52,936 bases of DNA from Rhodospirillales bacterium (GCA_031420655.1 JANONC010000363.1:1-52936); one strand, 5' to 3'. Counted from the first letter of the stretch, positions 10,701 through 25,700 are shown. Made by a program: numbers and translations. The notes: generated by a model not told the origin, from the letters alone.

Positions 10701-13700
10701 CGTTCACGCTGACCCAGACCGGCACTTACCTGCTGCTGATCGAGGGCTACAAGGAAGACCTCAATCCCAAGCCGGTCAGCTTCCGGCTGGTGGACGCGAC
10801 GGCGAGCACGGGGACGCTCACGCTGGGCCAGACTGTCAAAGGCTCCATCGCCGCGCCGGGGCAGCAGGACATCCATAGCTTCATGCTGGCACAGGGTGCC
10901 ATCCTGTACCCGGATGCGCTGACGGCGGACGGTAACCTGACCTGGTCGCTCTATGGCCCGGCCGGCCTGGTGGATAGCCGCGCCTTCACCAGTACGGACG
11001 GCGATCAGCGCCGCACCACGGACGCAGTCGGCTTCTACGCGCCACCCGGTGCCTACCGGCTGGTGGTCACCCGCAACGGCGTTGGCACCGGTGCCTACCA
11101 GTTCCGCCTGACGGACTTGGCCACGGCCCCCGCCCTCGCACTGGGCACGGATACGCCCACAGTACTTGCCCCTTCCGACGAAACGCTGGCCTATGCCGTC
11201 ACGGCCGCGGCCGGCACCCGACTGCATATTTCGGCCACCGGCGGCACGACCGACTACATCAATCTACGCCTGCTCGACAGCGCAGGGCGGCTGGTAGTGT
11301 GGGCGCGGGCGCAGAACGGGATGGACACGCCAAAGCTCGCGGGTGGCACGTACACGCTGCTGGCCGAGGGCTACATTTCCGACGGTGCCGCGGCCGAGAG
11401 CCTGGTGGTCCGCGCCGATGTGATCACGACGCCCACGCAGCCCCTCATGCTCGGCACGCAGGTTGACTCGACGATCGCAACGCCCGGCCAGCGCCAGATG
11501 TACAGTTTCGACATCGGCCAGCCGACGCGCATCCTGATCGACCCGCTCGGCCTCGATGCCCGGTTCGATTTCACGCTGACGTATCCAGACGGCACCACCG
11601 CGACGCATGCCTTCAACTACGGCAACGACTTCAGTCAGCAGGAGCTGATCCAGGTTGGCGCGGGGCACTACACGATTTCGGTCGGGGCGAGCGGCACTGG
11701 TAGCGCCTCGTTCCGGGTGCTGGACTTTGCGGCGGCGGCCTCCATCACACCGGGCTTACCCGTCAGTGGAAGCCTGGGCGCGGGCGGGGCGGCGAACCTG
11801 TACCAATTGGCCGGCACGGCGGGCGAGCGGCTGTATTTCGCGACGCTCGCGCAGCAGGGCGGGAACGCGAGCTGGGTGCTATACGACCCGCAAAACGGCG
11901 TGGTGTTCAAAAGCGGGTTCTCCGACCAGGGCGTCGTGACCCTCGCCACCACCGGCACCTATGCCCTGGTGGTGTTCGACACCGGTTCCGATACCGCGCC
12001 GCCGCTGTCGTACACCTTTGACTTGTATGACGACACGCGGGCCGCCGCCGTGCCAGTCACGCCGCCCAGCACGGCACCCGCGCCGGACATAACGGTGGCC
12101 GCGCTAGCCGTCAGTGCGCCGGGGGGGCTGATCAACTCGGGCTCGCCCATTACTGTGTCCTGGCAGGACGTAAACAGCGGCGCGCTACCCGCTACGACCG
12201 GCTGGACGGACCGGGTGCTGGTACGCAACACCACGACGGGACAACTGATTGCCGAGGTGCGGGTGCCTGCGGCGTCACTGGCGGCAGGGGGATCGCAAGC
12301 CCAATCCATCTCAGTCCTGCTGCCCACGGGTGCGGCTGGTGCCGGTGTGCTGGAGGTGAGTGTCACAGCAGACGTGGACAACACCCTGCCGGAGCGCAAC
12401 GCGGCCGGCACAGGGTTCAGCAACAACGCCGCCAGCCTCACCATCACTTCGACCATCGCCAGCTATCCAGACCTGCAGCCCGGCACCGTGGTGGCAACGC
12501 CGGGTGGCAGCTACCTGCCCGGCCAGGTGGTCACGGTCACCTGGACCACGACCAACGCCGGCACCGCCGCAACCGGTCTGGGCGGCTGGACGGAGCAGCT
12601 GATCGTGCTGGACGAGACGACGGGCCGGCAGATCGCCACCGTCTCCGTCGTGCAGCCTGCCGGGGCCGCGCTGGCACCCGGTGCGTCTGCCACGCGGCAG
12701 GGCAGCTTCACGTGGCCGGCTGGCGCGGATGCAAGCGGGCTTTTCAGCTTCGTTGTCACGGTCGATACACTGAACCAGGTAATCGAACCGGCCGGGGCAG
12801 AACACCGGGCGAAGCTGGACGTGCTGTCCGCGCCGGATTTGGTCGTGGCCAACCTGGCCGTCGATCCCGCAACGCCGCCCCAGGCGGGTGGGCAGCTCAC
12901 GCTCACTTGGTCGGACGTCAACAGCGGCACGTTCACAACGGTTGGCGGCTGGAGCGACAGCGTATCTGTCTACAACGTCAAGACCGGGGTAACGCTCGCC
13001 AGCCTGGTAATGGCGGCCAATCCGCCATCCACAGGGTTGGCAGCCGGTGCAGCATTGCCGCGTAGCGTGAGCCTGCTGCTGCCCGACACGGCGGCCGCAT
13101 CCGGTGCCCTGGTGGTGTCCGTCATTGCCAACCGAAATAACAATAACCGCGCCGTGATAACGGAGGAAAATGCGGCGCAAAACGCGGACCGCAACAATTC
13201 GCAAGACATTACCATTACCAGCGCCGCGCGGTCCCATGCGGACCTCTTCGTCGCTGGCGTAACCGCCCCGGCCACGGCCCGCGGCGGCAGCCCGGTCGCG
13301 GTGTCCTGGACCGTTACGAACACGGGCGCACAAACGACGGATGTCGCGAGCTGGACCGACACGATCGTGTTCAGCCGGGACGATACGGCGGGTAATGCGG
13401 ACGACGTCGTGATCGGCCAAGTCGTGCATAGCGGGGCGCTCGCAGTGGGGGCGTCATACACCGCCGCCGGGTCGTTCGTGCTGCCGCGGGGCTATGACGG
13501 AACTGGGACCATCTTTGTCGAAACGGACGTGGCGGGTGCGGTAAGCGAGCCCAACCGGGGCCGCGAGTACATTGGCGCGTCTTCCCTTATCACCGTGACA
13601 TCGCCCTATGCGGACCTCATGACCGAGGCGGTGGCGGCACCCGGCACAGCCCATGCTGGCGACCGAATTACCGTGTCCTGGCGCGTCCGTGATTTGGGGG

Positions 13701-16700
13701 ATAGCGCGGCCACGGCCGGGTTCACGGACAAGGTCTATCTGTCGCAAACAGACAGCATCACCACCGGCAGCATCCTGCTGGGCGAAGTGCCGCGCAACGC
13801 GGATGTGGCCGTGGGGGCCAGCTATACCGCCAGCGCCGCGTTCAACCTGCCGGGCGGCGTGACGGGTGCCTATCACGTGCTGGTCGTGACCGACGCCAAC
13901 GGTGCCGCCTATCAGGGTGGACGCGCCGCGAACGACACGGGGCTGGCTGCGGGCACGCTGCTCATCGATGCGCAGCCGACGCCCGATCTAACTGTGACCA
14001 GCGTGTCTATACCTACGACGACGCTGCCGGGTATCCCGCAGACCATCACCTTTACCGTCAAGAACGTGGGTGAGGTGATCGCGCACGGCCCGTGGTCCGA
14101 TCAGCTGGTGCTGCTGTACGGGCCCACATTGGCTAACGCGGCGTCCCTCGCGCTGGTGCAGCGCAGCTTCGACCTGCAGCCCGGCGACAGCTACACCGTT
14201 ACCGCAACCGTAACGCTACCGGCCATCGACGATGCGAATGCCGTCATTACCGCCAATACCGACGCGGGCAGCAACGTGAACGAGGGCGGGCGGGAGGCGA
14301 ATAACAGCCTCGCCACCCCGGCGTTCACCACCACGCATCCAGACCTATCCCTGGTCGCGGTGCAGGCCCCCACGGCGCTAGTATCCGGCCAGACACTCAC
14401 CGTCAGCTGGACCACCATCAACAACGGTACCGGCACCGCGCAGCCGGGCTGGTCCGAGACGGCGACCCTGGTCCAGGGCGGCACCCGCACGGTCATCGGC
14501 ACGATCACACAGGCCGGCCTGCTGGCAGCGGGTACCTCCGTCGCGCGCCGGATCGACTACGCGCTGCCCATTTCGCTGCAGGGTGCGTACCAGGTCGTGC
14601 TGACGGTCGATCCGGACAACAAGGTGACGGAACCCGCCAGCGTAAAAGCGCACGAGACGGCGTTCTTGCCGCTTGCGGTCAACCTCGCCCCGTATGCCGA
14701 CCTGGCCGTCAGCCGCGTGACGGTCCCGCCCTCCACTATTGCTGACCCGGCCACCATCAGTGTTAGTTGGACGATCAGTAATGCCGGCACCGGTGCCGGC
14801 ATTACTGGCAGCTGGGTGGACGAGGTCGTCGCCTCGCCAGACACGATTGCCGGCAATGGCGACGACGTGGTGCTCGCCCGGTTCATGCACACGGGCGGGC
14901 TGTTGGCTGGCGCGTCCTATACGCAGACGCAGGCAATAGCTTTGCCGCCGGGCTTTACGGCGCACGACCATTTATTTGTGCGGACCAACGCGGACGGCAC
15001 CGTGTTCCAGAACGGCTTGGTTACCAATGATACGGCATTCGCACCGGGCACCTTCGACGTCATTCCCTATCAATATGCGGTCGATCTGGTGACGAGCGTC
15101 ATCGCCGCACCGGGGGCCAGTAGCGGGCAGCCGGAGAGTGTCACCTGGCGGGTCGCGAATACCGGCCCCGGCACGACCGATACCTCGGAATGGCTAGACA
15201 CGCTGTATCTCAGCCAGACGCAGGATGGCACGGACCGCCAACTGCTCGGCAGTTTCGACCACCTCGGCTTCCTTGCCCCCGGCGGCGGCTACACCCGCAC
15301 GGCCACGGTCACGTTGCCGCAGGGGATTCAGGGGCCGTTCTACTTCATTGTGGTCACCCCCGGCTCCGCCACGCCCAATAATAACGGCGCGCCCGGATCG
15401 GCAGGCTATGGCGGTGGCGCGCCGTTCGAGTTCACGCATGCCAATGACGGTACGGGCGTGTCGGCTATCGTCAACGTCGCACTGTCGCCGCCACCCAATC
15501 TGGTGGTCAGCAGCGTGGTGGTGCCCACGACGGCACCAGAAGGCACGGCGGTTGCGATTAGCTGGACGGTCGCCAACACCGGCACCGCACGCGCGGATGG
15601 CATGTGGACCGACCGGGTGCTGCTGCGCGCGCCGGGCGATGCCGGGCCGGGCACGGTGGTGGGGGATTTCACGCATACCGGCCCGCTGATCGCCGGGCAA
15701 AGCTACACACGAACGGAGGAGATCGTGCTGCCACTGCACGTCTCCGGCGGCTACTTCGTAACAGTCGTGACCGATGCAACGAACGCCGTGTACGAGGGCG
15801 GGTTCGAGGGCGACAACACCCGCACCTCCGCCACGCCGGTGCTGATCACGCTGCTACCCCGGCCCAACCTGGTCGTCAGCAGCGTGAAGGCCCCTCCGGT
15901 GGTCGATGCAGGCGGCAGCTTCTCGGCTTCGTTCGTCGTGACCAACACGGGTGCCGTGTCCACCGGGTCCACGCAATGGACGGACAAGGTATATTTGTCG
16001 CTCGACGGGACCGTGTCGCCCGACGATATCCTGTTGGGCACATTCCAGAATGGGTCGGCGCTTGACCCGCAGGGGCAGTACCAGACCGACACGCCTGCCG
16101 TGCGCGTGCCGCTGCGTTTTGGCGGCAACGTCTATTTGATCGTGCAGGCCAATGCGGGCGAGCAGGTCGATGAGTACCCGAACGGTGCGCAGAGCAGCCG
16201 GGCCACCCCGGTCTTTGTGAACCCGATCCCGTTCCCGGACCTGGTCGTGAGCCAGGTGACGGCACCCACCCTGACGTTTGAGGGTAACACGGCGACGGTG
16301 CACTACACCGTCACGAACCTCGGTGCCGGGCCGACCGATGGCTCTCCGTTTGCCGAGCAGCTGTGGCTCACGATCGACAAGCAGCGGCCCAACCCCGGCA
16401 AGGGCGACGTGCTGCTCAGCGAGATACAGAACACGGGCGGCAAGCTAGCCAAGGGGGCTGGCTACGACCGCACAGTAACCGTCCAGCTGCCGGCCAAGCT
16501 GGTTTCTGGCCAGTATTACCTGACGCCCTGGGTCGATCCGTATGGCACCCAGCTGCAGACGGAGTTGGCCGCCAACATCAACCCGGACGACCCGAACGAG
16601 AACCAGAGCGACAATTATAAGGCCGCTCCGGTGCAGATTATCGGCGTGCCGGTGGTGCCGGCCCCGTTGCCGGATGTGACGGTCACGGCCGTCGTGGCGG

Positions 16701-19700
16701 ACGCGTCTGCTGTCGCGACCGGGCCGTTCACGTTCAGCTGGACGGTCAGCAATAACGGCCCGGGTGACGCCGTCCGCACGCCGGACAATCGTTGGACGGA
16801 CACCGTCTATCTATCCGACAGCCCAAGCCTTACGGCACCCGGCGCGAATTACTGGAAGCTCGGCGACTACGACCGGGTTGCCGACCTGGCCACCGGCCAG
16901 CACTACACCAGCACGCAAACGGTGATGCTGAACCCGGCCGCCCGCGGCAGCTACGTGATTGTCGTCAGCCGCCTGCAGAACGACACGGCACCGCTGAACA
17001 ATGTCGCCTTCACCACCACAAGCGTCGCCGGCACGCGGCCCGACCTGCAGGTGACGGCCGTCAATGTCGCGCCCAGCGTCAATAGCGGCGACACGACCAC
17101 GGTGGCCTACACCGTCACGAACGCCGGGCCGGGCGCGATTTGGAGCGGCACGCAGTATTGGACGGACACGGTCTACCTCTCGCGCGACGCCACGTTCATC
17201 GAGGCCCGTTCGGTGTTTCTGGGCGCGGTCAACCACGTCAACACCGGCCTGGCCGCCGGCGCCAGCTATACGGAGCGGCTGACGGCGTCGCTGCCAGATG
17301 GCATCAGCGGGCCGTACTACGTGTTCGTCTTTGTCAACGCTGGTGGAGCGGACCCGTCCAACGCGACCAGCGGCGACAATACGAGCTTGCTCGGGACCTT
17401 CAGCCAGGTCGCCTACGAAGACCCGGCGCACGATAGCGGATCGGCGTCGCTGCCGGTCGTGTATACTGAACCCGATCTGGTCATCACAAACTTCTCGGCC
17501 CCCGCGACGCTCGCTGCCGGCAGCGCGGTCACAGTCAGCTTTACTGTCACCAACGTGGGCAACCGCGCAACGCGGGAGACGACCTGGACGGATGCGGTGT
17601 TCCTGTCGCTCGATGGGTCGCTCGACAATAGCGACTTCCTGCTGACGACGCCGGACGGCAAGGGCGGTTATACGCCAGCTGGCTTTACCCGCACGGGGGC
17701 GCTGACAGCCGGCGCGTCCTACGTCGCGACGGTCACCTTCACCGTGCCGTTCGAGGTAAGCGGCGCGTTCAACCTGCTTGCCGTAACCGACAGCGGCTAT
17801 GGCCCAAGCGGTTATGCGCTGTCTTCTATCTCACCCCGGCTGAACGGTATTGGCGGCACGGCCGGTGGCGTCGTGAAGGAGTACCAGGGCGAAGGCAACA
17901 ATGTGACCGCGCAGGTGGTGACGGTCACACCGTATGTGGCACCGGACCTGGTCGTCAGCAGCGTCGATACCCCCGCGCGCACCACGATCGGTGCCACTTT
18001 CAGCGTCACCTATACGGTCACCAACACCGGCGGGGCCACGCCGGATGTGCAGGCGGAGTGGGACGACCTCGTTTACCTGTCGCTCGATGGCGCACTGGAT
18101 TTGCGGGCAGACCGCTACATCGGCACCGTCCACCACACCGGCGGGCTGGGGGCAGGCGGTAGCTATAGCAACACACTGAGTTTCAATGTGCCGGGCACCC
18201 TGCCGGGCCGCAGCTACTACGTGTTCGTCGTCACCGACCCGGCGCTTACGACCAGCACGGGCGCGGTGTTCGAAAGCAACGAGCGCAACAACGCGACCCA
18301 CAGCGCCGTGCCAATGGTGATCGACACGCCGCCGCCCACGGATTTGCAGATCGACACCATCACGGTCCCCTCGGCCGCGATGGCGGGGGACCCGATCCAG
18401 ATCACCTGGACCGGTAGTAACCACGGTGACCAGCCGGCTACCGGCACATGGACAGACGCGGTCTATCTGTCGTCCGATGCGACATGGAGCCTTGATGACC
18501 GGCTGCTGGGCCGGGTGAGCTACACGGGGTCACTCGCCACAGGCGGGTCTTATACGCTGTCGCTGGACACGGCATTGCCGGGCGTGTCGCCGGGCAGCTA
18601 CCGCGTGATCGTCCGAACCAACGTGTTCCAGACGGTGTACGAAGGGGCCAACACGGCCAATGACACGACCGCCTCCGCCGCGGTCATCCAAGTCGCAGTT
18701 CCCACGCTGACCGAGGGGGTGCCGCTCACCACGACACTCGTGCCGGGGCGGGAGCAACTGTATCAGATCGCGGTCACTGAAGGGCAGACGCTGCGGGTGA
18801 CGCTAACGGCGTCTGACGGCACCAGCGTCAATACTCTGTACCTGCGGCACGGGGCGGCACCCACTTCGGCGGTCTATGACGCGACGTCTGGTGGCATTAT
18901 CGGGGCTAACCTCACGGCGCTGGTTCCCTCCACGCTGCCGGGCCTCTACTACCTGCTGTTGAACGAACGGTCGGGTGCCGCCGCGGGCACGTCCGTGACG
19001 GTGGTGGCCGAGGCTCTGCCGTTGGTCATCACCAACATCGCCAATGACGTGGGTGGCGATGGCAGGTACGTGACCACCACGATCTCGGGCGCACAATTTG
19101 CCGCGCAGGCGACGGTGAAGCTCATCCGGCCGTCGATCGCCGAGTTCGCGCCCGTCCGCGTCAAGATCGTGGACAGCACCACCATCATCGCCGTGTGGGA
19201 CCTGACGGGCGCGCCGCACGGGCAGTACGATTTGGTGGTGACCAATCCGGACGGCTCGCAGGCGATCCTGCCGTATCGCTTTTTGGTTGAGCAAGCGATC
19301 CAGCCAGATGTCATCGTTGGCATCGGCGGCGACCGGACGATCCTGGCCGGGGCTACATCCACCTACACCGTCTCGCTCAGCAACATCGGCAACCTCGACG
19401 CGCCGTACACCTACTTCCAGCTGGGCGTGCCGCAGCTCGGCGCCAACTCGGTGATCTATGGCCTACCCTACTTGACGTTCTCCAGCAGCGTGAACGGCGC
19501 GCCGCAGGCCGTGGCCGCAAGCGCCAACGCCAACGTGCCCTACAGCGACCTCAACTCGGTCGTGAACACGGGTGGACAGCTCACCTCATCCGGGTTCTTG
19601 TTTAATGAGGCTGCGGGGGGCTACACGGCGGTGACGGCCAACGTCGAGACCTATCCCGGCCTGCGTGACCTCAGCGACCGAGCCTTCAACCAGTTCCGCA

Positions 19701-22700
19701 AGGAGCTACGGGCGATCGCGCCGGACCTCGACAGCAAACTCGCCAATGGGCCAAGCGGCCTGGCGGATTGGTGGACGGCGTTCAAGCAGCAGGCGTCGCA
19801 GGGCAACCCGCAGCTGCAGTCCGTGCTGGACCAGATCGACCTGCCCGGCGATTACCTGGCCAACAGGGCGGTCCCAGAAAAGGACATGATCCTATTCATC
19901 CCATTCCGGTTCAGTATCTTCGCCGCGGCGACGACGCTGACCCGTGACGAGTTCATCACGTTCATTACGCTGCAGGCCGACGGGCTGCGCGACAACATTG
20001 TCGCCAGCGTGGGCACGGCCAACCAGGCCTCGTCCGCGCTGCTGGCGCTCGTGGCCGACAAGACCCGGTTCGAAGCGCTCCAGCTCAGTGCGCTTGAACT
20101 GGCGGGCATTCTGCTGCCCGCAGGCGGCGTCGCCCCTATCAGCCAGCGGGCGGACGTGCAAAGCCTGCTATCGGTCCTGGCCAACGGCATCTTGTACGGC
20201 CCGGCGGGCACGCAAATCCGCTCTACCGGCAATCTGATGCAGTTTTTCGACTCGCTGCGGGTCCTGTATGGCAATGCCGACAGCGCGACGATGACGACGG
20301 TGGCCAAGCTGGACGGTAAGGAGAACCGTCAGAACGACCACTTCTCCGAGGCGATCCCGCTGCCCTCGATCCAGAAGTTCGAAACTTACAACCAGAACGA
20401 CACGGCGCCCACGTCGTTCGAGGCGGTGCGCACCTACGTCGCCTGGGTTCCGTTTGCCGACCGCGGGGCCGGCCTGCCGGCTGACTTCCAGGTAAACGGC
20501 CCCGGGCCGGTTGGGGCTGATCCGTTCCAGGCCCTCGATTTCTCGAAATACTTTCAGAACCAGGGTGAGGCGACGACGCTGGCCTCCATCACCGGGCCGC
20601 AGACCTACGACACGGGCGGCTTTGTACCGGCGGCAAAACCGCTGCCCTACACCGTCAATTTTGAAAACGATCCTGGCGCCACCACGACCGTCAACCAAGT
20701 CCAGGTCGTCACCCAGCTCGACCCGGCGTTCGATGCCACGACCTTCCGGTTGGGTGCGATCAAGGTGGGTGATATCACGCTGACCGTTCCGGGCGGGCAG
20801 AGCTTCTTTACCCAGGACATCGACTTCACCGCGACGCGCGGGTTCATCCTGCGCGTAACGGCTGGCATCGACCTGTACCAGAAGCCCGCGACTGCAACCT
20901 GGCTGATCCAGGCGATCGACCCGCTAACCGGCGACGTATTGCGGGATAGTACGCGTGGGCTGCTGGGCCCAAACAACGCGGGCGGCGCAGGTGCCGGCTA
21001 CGTCAGCTGGACGGCGGAGCTGGCGGCAGGTGTAGCGACGGGCACGACCGTCTCGGCGTCCGCCCGGGTCATCATGGATACGCAGCCGCCGGAGACGACG
21101 GCCACGCTGAAACAGGCCGCCGACACGGTTGCGCCCAAGACCAAGCTGACCACAACCGCGCTGGGTGGCAGCCACGATACGCTGGTCAGCTGGAGCTCGG
21201 CGGACGACGCGGGCGGGTCCGGCTTTGGCCACATCACGCTGTATGTCGCGACCGATGGCGGTGCCTATACCATTTGGCAGCGGCAGCTTACGACGGCTGC
21301 CGCGGCTATGACCTATCACGGTGCCGCAGGCCACACGTACCAGTTCCTGGCCCTGGCGACAGACCTGGCCGGCAACCAAGCCATTCCCACGCAGCCGAAC
21401 CTGCAGGTGCCGGATGACGGCTCGTCCGTAAACCTGGGCACCACCCCGGCACCGGAGGCAACCACCGCGCCTAATTACGGCGTGCCACCCGCGCCAACCG
21501 TTACGCCGTCCACTAACATCCTGTTCACGGATGCTGAGCTGGCGATCCCGTCAGCTGCTACCATCGTGAACGCGCCCAAATTCAGCACTGTGCTGGCCCC
21601 GTTCATGGGGGCCGAGTTCGCGGGCGGCATCGGCCTGAGCGAGGCGGGCATCGGGCCGCAGGCGATCGTGGAACTGCCCGCGGGCGGCGGGTTCCTGATC
21701 TCGGGCGGCGCCAACCGTGGCACCATCTACCGCGTGGCATCAACCGGGCAGGCGGCCGCGACGGCGCTGCTGACACTGAACGAACCGGTCGTGAACCTCG
21801 CGCTGGACACCGCTGGGCGGCTATGGGCCGCAACGGCGGGCGGACCGCTGCTGCGGCTCGATCCGCTAACCGGCGCGGTGCTGGGCCGCTATGGAGACGG
21901 TATCACGGCGGCCATCGCGATCGACCCGGCCAGCGGCACCATCTACGTCAGCTCCAACGCCGGCATCTCCACCTTCGACCCAGCCACGAGCACTTTCGCG
22001 CAATGGAGCCGGGACGCGAATTTGCGCGTAAACAGCCTGGCGTTCGACGATAGCGGTAATCTATGGGCCGTTACGTGGCCCGACCGGCGTCAGGTGGTGG
22101 AGTTCAACGACCGCCAACGCGCGGTGACAAAGCTGACCTTCGACAGCGATATCGACAGCCTTGCCTTCGGCAAAGCCGGTACCGCGCTGGCTGGCCTGCT
22201 GTTCGTGTCGCACAATAATGGCCCGGCCAGCGCTGCCGGGGTGAATGCGGCGGCGAGCGAGCTGACGATGGTCGATACCGCCACCTTGCGCCGGGTTGGG
22301 CTGGCGATGGGCGGCACGCGCGGCGGCGTGGTGGTCGCGACGTCCGACGGGCGCGTGCTGGTGAGCCAAACATCCGAGGTGGACGAGGTGGCCCCCGCCT
22401 ACGCGCCCGCCGTGGTGGGTACCAACCCGCCGGACAAAGCGATCGAGCCGTTGCCGCTGCCGTTCCTGACGGTCACGTTCGATGAGGCGATGCAGACCGG
22501 CAGCCCCTCTGCGGCGGGCAGCGTGCTGAATGGGGCTAATTACACACTGACCGGCACGACGGCAGGCAGCGTGACCGCGCAGTCGGTCGTGTACGACGCC
22601 AAGACTCGCACAGCGCTGCTGTCGTTCGGAACGCTGCTGGCCGATAGCTATACGCTGACGGTCGGCACCGGGGTGCAAAGTACGGCGGGCATCAACCTGC

Positions 22701-25700
22701 CTGCCGTGTATGTGACGCACTTCACCGCGCTTGGCGACCTGACGGGCGTGGTTGGCATCACGGTCGCCAACACGCGCTATAACCATACGACGAACATCGT
22801 TTCCTACGACCTGACGCTCACCAATACGAGTGGCAGCCCCATTCACCTGCCAGCGGTGCTAGTGCTCGACCCGTTGCACGGCACCACTGGCCTGCCGCAA
22901 AGCACGCAGGGGCGGACGGACGACGGACGCTTCATCATCGACCTCAGTTCGAGCCTGCCGGCCAATGGCGTGCTGGCGGCGGGCGCCTCCGTCACCGGGA
23001 CCACCGTTTCGATCGTCACCGCGCAAAAGACGCGCACGGACTTTGCGCTGGGCGTTTCGGCGGCGACCGACCCGGACCGGGCACCCGCCTTCACCTCCAC
23101 CCCATCCACTGACGCGGCTTCTGGTGGCGGCTTCACCTATCAAGCGGCGGCTACGGGCTATAACGGTGCCGCGGTGCTGTTCCGCGTGCTGTCCGGACCG
23201 GCGGGCCTCACGATCGACGCGGCGAGCGGCCTAGTGAGCTGGACTCCCAGTGCCTCGGCCGCCGCACTGACGCCAGTGGCGCTGCAAGTGTTCGACGCAC
23301 GCGGCGCAATGTCGATCCAGCGCTTCGTTCTAACGGTTGCGGGAGGGGATCAATCGCCCTATTTCGCGAACCTGCCAGCCGAACGGGCCGGCACCGAAGG
23401 CACGGCCCTCAGCTTCACGGTCGATGTGGCGGAGCCCCAGGGGGCGGCCTTGCTGGTGACGGCCGATAACCTGCCGCCAGGCGCCGTGTTCGACCCGGCC
23501 ACCCGGGTGTTCAGCTGGACGCCGGCCTACACCCAGGCTGGCACCTACCCGGCAGCCTCGTTCACCGTCACCGACGGTACGCTAAACGTCACGCAACTCG
23601 TGGTGTTCAAGATCGCACCCGCGCCACAGCCGGTCGTGCTCGTGCCGGTGGGCGCGCATACGCTGGGGGAGGGCGACAAGCTTGTCCTCAATCTGCAAAC
23701 CACAGCGGCAGCCGGGGCCACGCTGCAATTTGCGGCGAACGACCTGCCGTTCGGGGCCGTGTTGGACCCCAGCACCGGGAGGTTCAGCTGGACGCCCGGC
23801 TATGCCCAAGCTGGGACCTATGCCTTCACCGTGGGCGTGACGGACGGCACGACGACGGCCACGCAAGCGGTCTCGCTAATCGTGAAGCCGGTGGACGCCG
23901 CACTCGTGTTCGTTCAGCAAGATGGCTGGCAGGTGTTCGAAGGGCAGGGCCTGACGATCCAGCCCTTCGCCGTGGACCCGAACAACCCGAACTACGCCCC
24001 GCCCGTGCGCGGCGCGACGGGTGTGCTGGTGGAGCAGGGTACGGAACTCCCGACCGTGACGGTCACACCGGTTGGGGCTTTGCCTCCCGGCGCGACATTC
24101 GATCCGGGCACGCTGCTGTTCAATTGGACGCCACGGTTCGGTACCACGAGCCAGACCAGCGTGTCGTTTACCGCCACCAAGCAGTCCATCACGGGCGGTG
24201 CGCCGCTTTCGGCCACGATCACCATTCCCATCACGGTGCTGCCGCTCAACGCGCCGCCCGTCGTTCCCGTGGTGCCGACGCTGACTGTGGCCGCCGGAGC
24301 CGTGGGCAGCACAGACGTCGCCGCCACTGATCCGCAAGGGCGGCCGCTCACGCTCAGCCTGGTTAACGACGCGACGGGCTACCCTCTGCCGTCGTTCATC
24401 ACATTCCGGGATAACGGCAACGGCACGGGCCGCATCACCGTAACCCCCGGCGCGGCCGACCGGAGCGACACGACGGTGCGGTTGGTTGCGACCGATGCGG
24501 CCGATGCGCGCGGTCCCGCTTTGTCGAATAACCGGGCGTTCGTCATCAGCGTCACCAGCCCGAACGTGCCGCCCGTCGTGGCACCCATCGGCGACGCGGT
24601 CGTGCAACCGGGCACGACGGTGCTGATCCCGTTCAACGCCGCTGACCTGGACCAGAACCCTCTCACATACACCGTGAGCGGAATTGCCGGGGCCAGCATC
24701 GTTACCGGGCCGGTCTATGGGCAGGCCTACGTAAAGATCGTGGCCGGTGCGGGCGATATAGGCGACCACGCGATCACTATCACCGCGACCGACGACGGCA
24801 ATGGCGGGGTGACGGTACCGTACAGCGGCGCGGCCAGCTTCACTCTGCGGGTACGCGCGACGGACACAGCCCCAGTGCTTGCCCCTGTCGGCGACCAGTC
24901 CGGCATCTCGGGCACCGGCTTCACGCTACAGCTTTCCGCGCTGGATCCGGAGGGCGATGGCGTGAGCTTCAGTGCCGCCGGGTTGCCGTCCGGTGCCGTG
25001 CTGGGCCTGCGCTCCGGCCTTGTCACCTGGCTGCCGGGCTACATCCAGTCCGGCACGTATGCCGTCACATTCACCGCCAGCGACGGCGAGCTATCGACGT
25101 CCGAAGCCATCACGCTCCGTATTGCAAGCTTCGACCGGCCGCCGTTGTTCGTGCCAGTCACGCCGCAAGCGGCGCGAGAAGGGATCGAGGCGACAGTCCC
25201 GGTCCAGGCCGTGAGCCCAGACGGTAACGCCATCAGCCTGCAAGCCACCAGCCTGCCCGCGGGTGCCACGTTCGACCCGGCATCTGGCGTGTTCGACTGG
25301 TTCCCCGGCTACGACCAGGCCGGACACCACCTCGTCTCGTTGCTCGCGACCGACTCTTTCGGGGCCAGCACGGCGTACAGCTTCACGATCGACGTTTCGA
25401 AAGTCGATCGGGCCCCGATGCTGGCGGCGTCGGACCATGGCTTCGTGGTGGGCAAGACCGAAAGCTTTTCGCTGAATGGCTCCGACCCCGATGCAGGCGC
25501 GGTACTGACGTACGCCGCCACTGACCTGCCGCAGGGTGCCGTGCTGGACGCCGCGACCGGCATCGTGACGTGGACGCCTGGACCGGGCCAGGTTGGCGAC
25601 TACACGCCAGTATTCAGCGTGAGCGACGGGGAGCTGAGCATCACGCAGACGATCGTGCTGCGCGCGGCGCTCACGCCTCCGGCACCGTCCGTGCGGATCG

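Larger units (their letters stand above)
1841..12035 (+). repeat. 12 alternating A/B pairs (24 modules) of PPC-like (pre-peptidase C-terminal type) beta-sandwich domains
   Basis: Type A consensus by eye: G.I..PG..D.Y.F.L.....FDSL......W.L.GP.G...........L..G.Y.L.V.....G.Y.FRLLDL. Type B: ....LY.F.A.AG..L.F........RLIDP.G..VFGP......L...GTY.LL.EG. They alternate strictly A-B twelve times. The array is interrupted by LamG domains and a lectin-like domain. Confidence 0.75.
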
